A DNA stretch of 64,000 nt, from contig JBBDJD010000007.1 of NCBI GenBank assembly GCA_040880025.1, positions 64,035 to 128,034 of the forward strand. Direction: 5' to 3'. Positions 59,793 through 64,000 of this stretch are shown here, in pieces. Positions within the stretch are counted from its first letter, which is position 1, and the number at the start of each line of letters is the position of its first letter. The notes below the pieces were generated by a model. The model was not told the DNA's origin, did not search any database, and saw only the letters and a list, made by a program, of their open reading frames with translations. The stretch is from Rhizobiaceae bacterium (GTDB taxonomy: Bacteria > Pseudomonadota > Alphaproteobacteria > Rhizobiales > Rhizobiaceae). The position numbers and the translations under genes are program-made.

Positions 59793-61162
59793 CAGTATTT
59801 CTCCCGGTATTTGCGGACCGTGCGCAGGGCGATCAGGTTCAGCCCGAGCGTGATGATGAAGAGCATCAGGCCAAGCGCGAACGCGGCAAGCGTCTTGGGG
59901 TTGTCGAACTCGCTGTCGCCGATCAGAAGTGTCACGATCTGCACTGTGACGGTGGTCACGGAATCGAACGGGTTGAGCGTCATTTTCGCAATCAGGCCGG
60001 CCGCCATCACGACAATCATCGTTTCGCCGATGGCTCGGCTGAGCGCCAGAAGGACGCCGCCGACAATTCCCGGCAGCGCCGCCGGCAGCAGGACCTTGCG
60101 GATCGTCTCGCCCTTGGTCGCCCCAAGCGCGAAGGAGCCCTCCCGGATCGCACGAGGAACGGCGGCGAAGGCATCGTCGGACAATGACGAGATAAACGGG
60201 ATGAGCATGACGCCCATCACCCCACCCGCCGCGAGCGCGCTGTTGGGCGCGGCGTCGATACCGAGCGAAAGGCCGAGATTGCGTATCAGCGGGGCGACGG
60301 TCAGGACCGCGAAGAAGCCGTAGACGAGGGTGGGGATGCCAGCGAGTATTTCAAGCAGTGGCTTTACCACGGCGCGAAAGCGCTCGTTCGAATATTCCGT
60401 GAGATAGATCGCCGACATGATCCCCGTAGGAATGGCGACCGCCATTGCCAGAGCGGAGATCACAAATGTGCCGAACAGCACCGGGATCATTCCGAACGCG
60501 CCTTGCCCGGCGACCTGATCGGCGCGAATGGCGATCTGCGGCTCCCAGCGAAGGCCGAACAGGAATTCCGTGACCGGCACACGGGCGAAAAACTGCAGCG
60601 CCTCATAGACGAGGGAGAGAACGATTCCCGCCGTCGTGAGGATGGCCACGAGAGACGAGAACATCATGAACCAGGTTGCGGCGCGCTCGACGCTGTGACG
60701 TGCCGTAAAGCGGGTTTCGATCACGCGCAGTCCGAGGAAGGCGCCGACTGCGACGAAAGCAGCGACGACGGCGACCATCGCCCATGTGGAGATGGACCGC
60801 AGGGAGTTCAGGTGATCGACCGCCGCAAGGATTTCCGGGGTCGGCTCCTTGAACAGCACACCCGAGGCGGCCTGGCGGATTTCGCTGATGAGAAGATCCC
60901 GCTGCGGACCGGTCATGGCGTCGGAGCCGGGGTAGCTTCCGAGAACAAGCATGTCGATCACGCCGTTCTGCCCCGTCAACCAAAGAAGAAGGAAGACGAA
61001 AGCCGGGACGCCCGTCCAGATGGCGGCATTGAGGCCGTGATAGATCGGACGGGAATGCGTCTTGATCGTGGCCCGGCTGCGGTTCGCCTTGCTGCGCGCG
61101 ACGCCCAAAAAGGCAGCCACCACGGCAGCGAGGGCCATGAAACCAATCAGATACCCCGCCAT
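59792..61162 (-). CDS. pstC: Phosphate ABC permease
   Basis: EILAGIPTLVYG, SRAIGETMIV; start 61162 (ATG) or 61198 (GTG). Confidence 0.95.
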   Translation of the reverse strand: MAGYLIGFMALAAVVAAFLGVARSKANRSRATIKTHSRPIYHGLNAAIWTGVPAFVFLLLWLTGQNGVIDMLVLGSYPGSDAMTGPQRDLLISEIRQAASGVLFKEPTPEILAAVDHLNSLRSISTWAMVAVVAAFVAVGAFLGLRVIETRFTARHSVERAATWFMMFSSLVAILTTAGIVLSLVYEALQFFARVPVTEFLFGLRWEPQIAIRADQVAGQGAFGMIPVLFGTFVISALAMAVAIPTGIMSAIYLTEYSNERFRAVVKPLLEILAGIPTLVYGFFAVLTVAPLIRNLGLSLGIDAAPNSALAAGGVMGVMLIPFISSLSDDAFAAVPRAIREGSFALGATKGETIRKVLLPAALPGIVGGVLLALSRAIGETMIVVMAAGLIAKMTLNPFDSVTTVTVQIVTLLIGDSEFDNPKTLAAFALGLMLFIITLGLNLIALRTVRKYREKY

Positions 61163-61210
61163 AAGACCCCCGATCGGCACGGTTGTGCCAAACAACACCG
61201 AAGCAAAGAG

Positions 61211-61241
61211 CGTAGCCGCCCGTCATGGACGGGCGGCTACG
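61211..61241 (-). terminator. Perfect 14-bp hairpin between pstS and pstC (mRNA stabiliser)
   Basis: cgtagccgcccgtc-atg-gacgggcggctacg. Confidence 0.7.
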
Positions 61242-61254
61242 TTAGTGATGCGAT

Positions 61255-62295
61255 TTAGGAGCCGAGCTTCTTCGCTTCGGCAACAGCCTTCTGCACTTCC
61301 ATGCGCTTTTCGTCCGACAGCGGGGTCAGGCCGCGCTCCGGCAGGTAACCGTCGGCGCCAAGAGCTCCGTCAGAGACGTATTCCGCCAGGAACTCGTTCA
61401 GGTTCGGGATGACATCGCGGTGTGCGTTCTTGATGTAGAAGAAGATCGGACGGGCGACCGGGTAGGACGCGTCGGCGATGGTGTCGAAATTTGGCTCGAC
61501 ATCGTTGATTTTCACGCCCTTCAGCTTGTCGGTGTTCTCATAGAGGAACGAGTAGCCGAAGATGCCAACTGAGTTCGGATCCGACTCAAGACGCTGGACG
61601 ATCAGGTTGTCGTTTTCGCCGGCTTCGACAAAGGGACCGTCCTGGCGCATGCGCGAGCAGATTTCTTCCCACTTGTCTTCGTCGGACTTCTTCAGATCCG
61701 CCATGCCGGGCAGAGTGGAGCAGCCGTCATGCATCATCAGTTCGACGAAAGCGTCGCGCGTGCCGGATGTGGGCGGAGGGCCGAAGGCGATGATATTGAC
61801 GTCCGGAAGCGATGCGTCGATGTCCGACCACTTCATGTTCGGGTTGGCGATGAAACCGCCATTGCCGTCCGGCAGTTCAGCGGCGAGCGCCTTGAAGACC
61901 TGCTCTTCAGTCAGGTTCCAGTCGAAGTCATTGGCGCGGGACACTGCGATCGAAAGGCCGTCATAGCCGATCAGAGCCTCGGTGATGTCGGTGACGCCAT
62001 TGGATGTGCAAAGCTCGACTTCGGAGCTCTTGATGGCGCGCGAGGCGCCGGTGACGTCGGCATGGTCGGGGCCGATACCACCGCAGAATGCCTTGAAGCC
62101 GCCACCGGTGCCGACCGATTCGACGACGGGAGCCGGCTTGCCAGTCTTGTTGGCGAACTCTTCGGCGGCCGCTTGGCTGTAGGGAAACACGGTCGAGGAA
62201 CCGGTGACCTTGATCTGGTCGCGCGCGGCGGCAACGCCGACGGACGCGGCAAGCGCGACGGATGCCGCAGATGCCATGAGGATGAGTTTGTTCAT
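61255..62295 (-). CDS. pstS: Phosphate-binding protein
   Basis: GSSTV, GTGGGFK..C, SRAIK..E, TSGTRD.F. Confidence 0.93.
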   Translation of the reverse strand: MNKLILMASAASVALAASVGVAAARDQIKVTGSSTVFPYSQAAAEEFANKTGKPAPVVESVGTGGGFKAFCGGIGPDHADVTGASRAIKSSEVELCTSNGVTDITEALIGYDGLSIAVSRANDFDWNLTEEQVFKALAAELPDGNGGFIANPNMKWSDIDASLPDVNIIAFGPPPTSGTRDAFVELMMHDGCSTLPGMADLKKSDEDKWEEICSRMRQDGPFVEAGENDNLIVQRLESDPNSVGIFGYSFLYENTDKLKGVKINDVEPNFDTIADASYPVARPIFFYIKNAHRDVIPNLNEFLAEYVSDGALGADGYLPERGLTPLSDEKRMEVQKAVAEAKKLGS

Positions 62296-62364
62296 TTGAG
62301 CCTACTCCTGTTCGGAATCCTTGAGGACGCTTCCTCGCGTCAGGGCAGGCCATATCGGTCCCGT

Positions 62365-62404
62365 GTAACAGTTCGATGACACATTTGTGTCGGCCCCGTC
62401 ACAG
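62365..62404 (-). promoter_or_regulatory. Pho box(es)
   Basis: Half-sites at 11-bp period: CTGTGAC-gggg-CCGACAC-aaat-GTGTCAT-cgaa-CTGTTAC. Confidence 0.8.
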
Positions 62405-62546
62405 GCCTGTTGATGGCAAAAGCAGAGCTTTCTGAATCGGTTGGCTCACCAATTCTCGGCAGCCGATTTCACCAACGGATATCAGTGACTTGCATCCTGT
62501 TCGCCTGGACAGCGCGTTGAAATCTGCCGCGTCGACATTTGGGGAA

Positions 62547-62603
62547 GAAAAAAAGCCGGACAGGAGCGCGACTTCAAGGCTGCAACCACCGCCGGTCCCG
62601 GCC
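62547..62603 (-). terminator. Minus-strand terminator-like structure upstream of the pstS promoter
   Basis: gccgggac...gtccggc followed by T7. Confidence 0.5.
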
Positions 62604-62830
62604 TAAAGCCGGACGGAATGCATTGGGGCTCAAAGCAGTCCCGTCACTGGGCCGGCGGGTCGCCTCTCCCGCCCGGAATTAGCGAAACGGAAATCCCCGT
62701 CCGCACCACCATTGTCCAAGTGGCAAGGCAATTCCGCTATTGCGCGATCGCACCATATGGGTTCAACCGGTCGTGAACTGCGATTTGCGCGGCGCGACGC
62801 CCTGCGCGAACCGCGGTCAGGGAAGGCGAG

Positions 62831-63724
62831 ATGACTGGACGGGCAACGGCGATCGGATTTTCTGCAGTCGCGATGTGGGCGCTGCTGGCCCTGTTCACCG
62901 ATGCGTCCGGCAAGGTGCCGCCCTTCCAGCTTTCGGCAATGAGCTTCACCATTGGGGCCGCGCTCGGCCTCGCGCTGCGCGCTGTTTTTCCAAAGTCCGC
63001 TGTCGCGGCGTGGCCGCCGCTCGCGGCCTGGGTGATCGGCATAGGCGGGTTGTTCGGCTACCACTTTTTCTATTTCACCGCCCTGCGCAATGCGCCAGCC
63101 GCGGAAGCGAGCCTCATCGCCTATCTGTGGCCGCTGTTCATCGTGGTGGGATCGGCGCTGATGCCGGGCGAGAAGCTCAAATGGCATCACGTGGCAGGCG
63201 CATTGCTGGGCCTCGCCGGCACTGCGCTGATCATCACGCGCGGCGGCGCGATTGCCTTCGATGCGCGTTTCGCCCTTGGCTATGGCGCCGCGATCGTGTG
63301 CGCATTCACATGGTCGGGCTATTCGCTTTTGTCGCGCCGGTTCACAGCCGTGCCGACCACGATCGTGACGTGGTTCTGCGCGGCTGCCGCGGTTCTTTCG
63401 GCGATATGCCATGTTCTGCTTGAGCAGACGGCCTGGCCTGACGGCACGACGCAATGGCTGGCGGTCGCCGGGTTGGGTCTGATGCCGGTGGGGGCGGCTT
63501 TTTACGCCTGGGACTACGGCGTCAAGCACGGTCAAATCCAGGTGCTGGGGGCGTCGAGCTACGCCGCGCCGCTGCTCTCGACGCTGATCCTGATCGCCGC
63601 CGGGCGGACGCCGGCGACGCTGACGATCCTTGCCGCGTGCATACTGATCACGGCGGGCGTGGCGCTTGCGGCCAAGGACATGCTCGGCCGTCGCGCGCGC
63701 CTTGCAGACGCCGCGGAGACCTGA
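62831..63724 (+). CDS. EamA/DMT transporter (YddG-like)
   Basis: ASLIAYLWPL, WDYGVK.G, SY.APLLS. Confidence 0.88.
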   Translation: MTGRATAIGFSAVAMWALLALFTDASGKVPPFQLSAMSFTIGAALGLALRAVFPKSAVAAWPPLAAWVIGIGGLFGYHFFYFTALRNAPAAEASLIAYLWPLFIVVGSALMPGEKLKWHHVAGALLGLAGTALIITRGGAIAFDARFALGYGAAIVCAFTWSGYSLLSRRFTAVPTTIVTWFCAAAAVLSAICHVLLEQTAWPDGTTQWLAVAGLGLMPVGAAFYAWDYGVKHGQIQVLGASSYAAPLLSTLILIAAGRTPATLTILAACILITAGVALAAKDMLGRRARLADAAET

Positions 63725-63728
63725 GGCG

Positions 63729-64000
63729 ATGCCCTTTCCCGGCGGCCTGACAGAGACGGCCAACGGCCTGCTTGTTCTGTCCATCCTCGCGGCCGTTCTC
63801 TACGGCTTCATGGCGCACTGGCCGGCGTCCTGGCAGCGGACCGCGGTCAAGACGCTGTCGGTGGCGCTGCTCGGCGTTCTCGCCTGGTCAACCGGCGGGC
63901 CGCTGCTGCTTGCGCTGGCGCTGATGGCGAGCGCCTCGGGCGACGCGGCGTTGGCTGCGGAGGAGGAACGCTGGTTTCTGCCCGGCCTCGTCGCCTTCCT
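63729..64000 (+). CDS. YhhN/lysoplasmalogenase family protein, 5' part
   Basis: VKTLSVALL...SASGDAAL...FLPGL.AF. Confidence 0.8.
   Translation, partial: MPFPGGLTETANGLLVLSILAAVLYGFMAHWPASWQRTAVKTLSVALLGVLAWSTGGPLLLALALMASASGDAALAAEEERWFLPGLVAF

Noticed and set aside
62565-62635. SAM-II-like fragments (TTGAGCC, TTGCAGCC, AAGTCGC) on the minus strand
   Set aside because: Spacing is incompatible with the compact pseudoknot and no methionine gene follows.

Overview
A 64 kb GC-rich chromosomal window from an alphaproteobacterium. Gene content and order suggest Hyphomicrobiales (Rhizobiaceae/Phyllobacteriaceae-like); this is inference. From left to right: (1) 1-10.4 kb, assimilatory nitrate locus (3' end of nasS, an ANTAR dual-hairpin leader with terminator, nrtABC-type transporter, nirBD, nasA). 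(2) 10.4-13.3 kb, backbone genes (enoyl-CoA hydratase, DUF3108, rpmB, queuosine-precursor transporter). (3) About 13.35-44.84 kb, a roughly 31.5 kb mosaic accessory block with no integrase. It holds kduID + TRAP, PhyH/AraC, an M24 hydrolase, a split Tm-1-like/TIM-barrel/cupin/TetR module, a sugar ABC transporter and two catabolic operons tied together by four copies of a FadR-type operator, a LuxR-hydrolase module, a decayed CueR-box copper module and a HEPN-like gene. (4) 44.8-50.7 kb, phytase-like esterase, cobT/cobS interrupted by an AT-rich two-TM ORFan, a DnaJ-domain gene and bolA. (5) 50.7-56.1 kb, stress genes (GNATs, MhqD/MhqO-like, DUF883, a lipoprotein with EcfG-type promoters) and a ROK regulator. 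(6) 56.2-62.4 kb, pstSCAB-phoU-phoB with a Pho box and no adjacent phoR. (7) An attenuator-like non-coding element, an EamA transporter and a partial YhhN gene. I found no rRNA, tRNA, CRISPR array, transposase or integrase. Best candidates for an undescribed system: the four-operator sugar regulon with its adjacent bacterial Tm-1-like module, the HEPN-like border gene, and the AT-rich ORFan inside cobST. All calls come from reading motifs by eye; no database searches were run.
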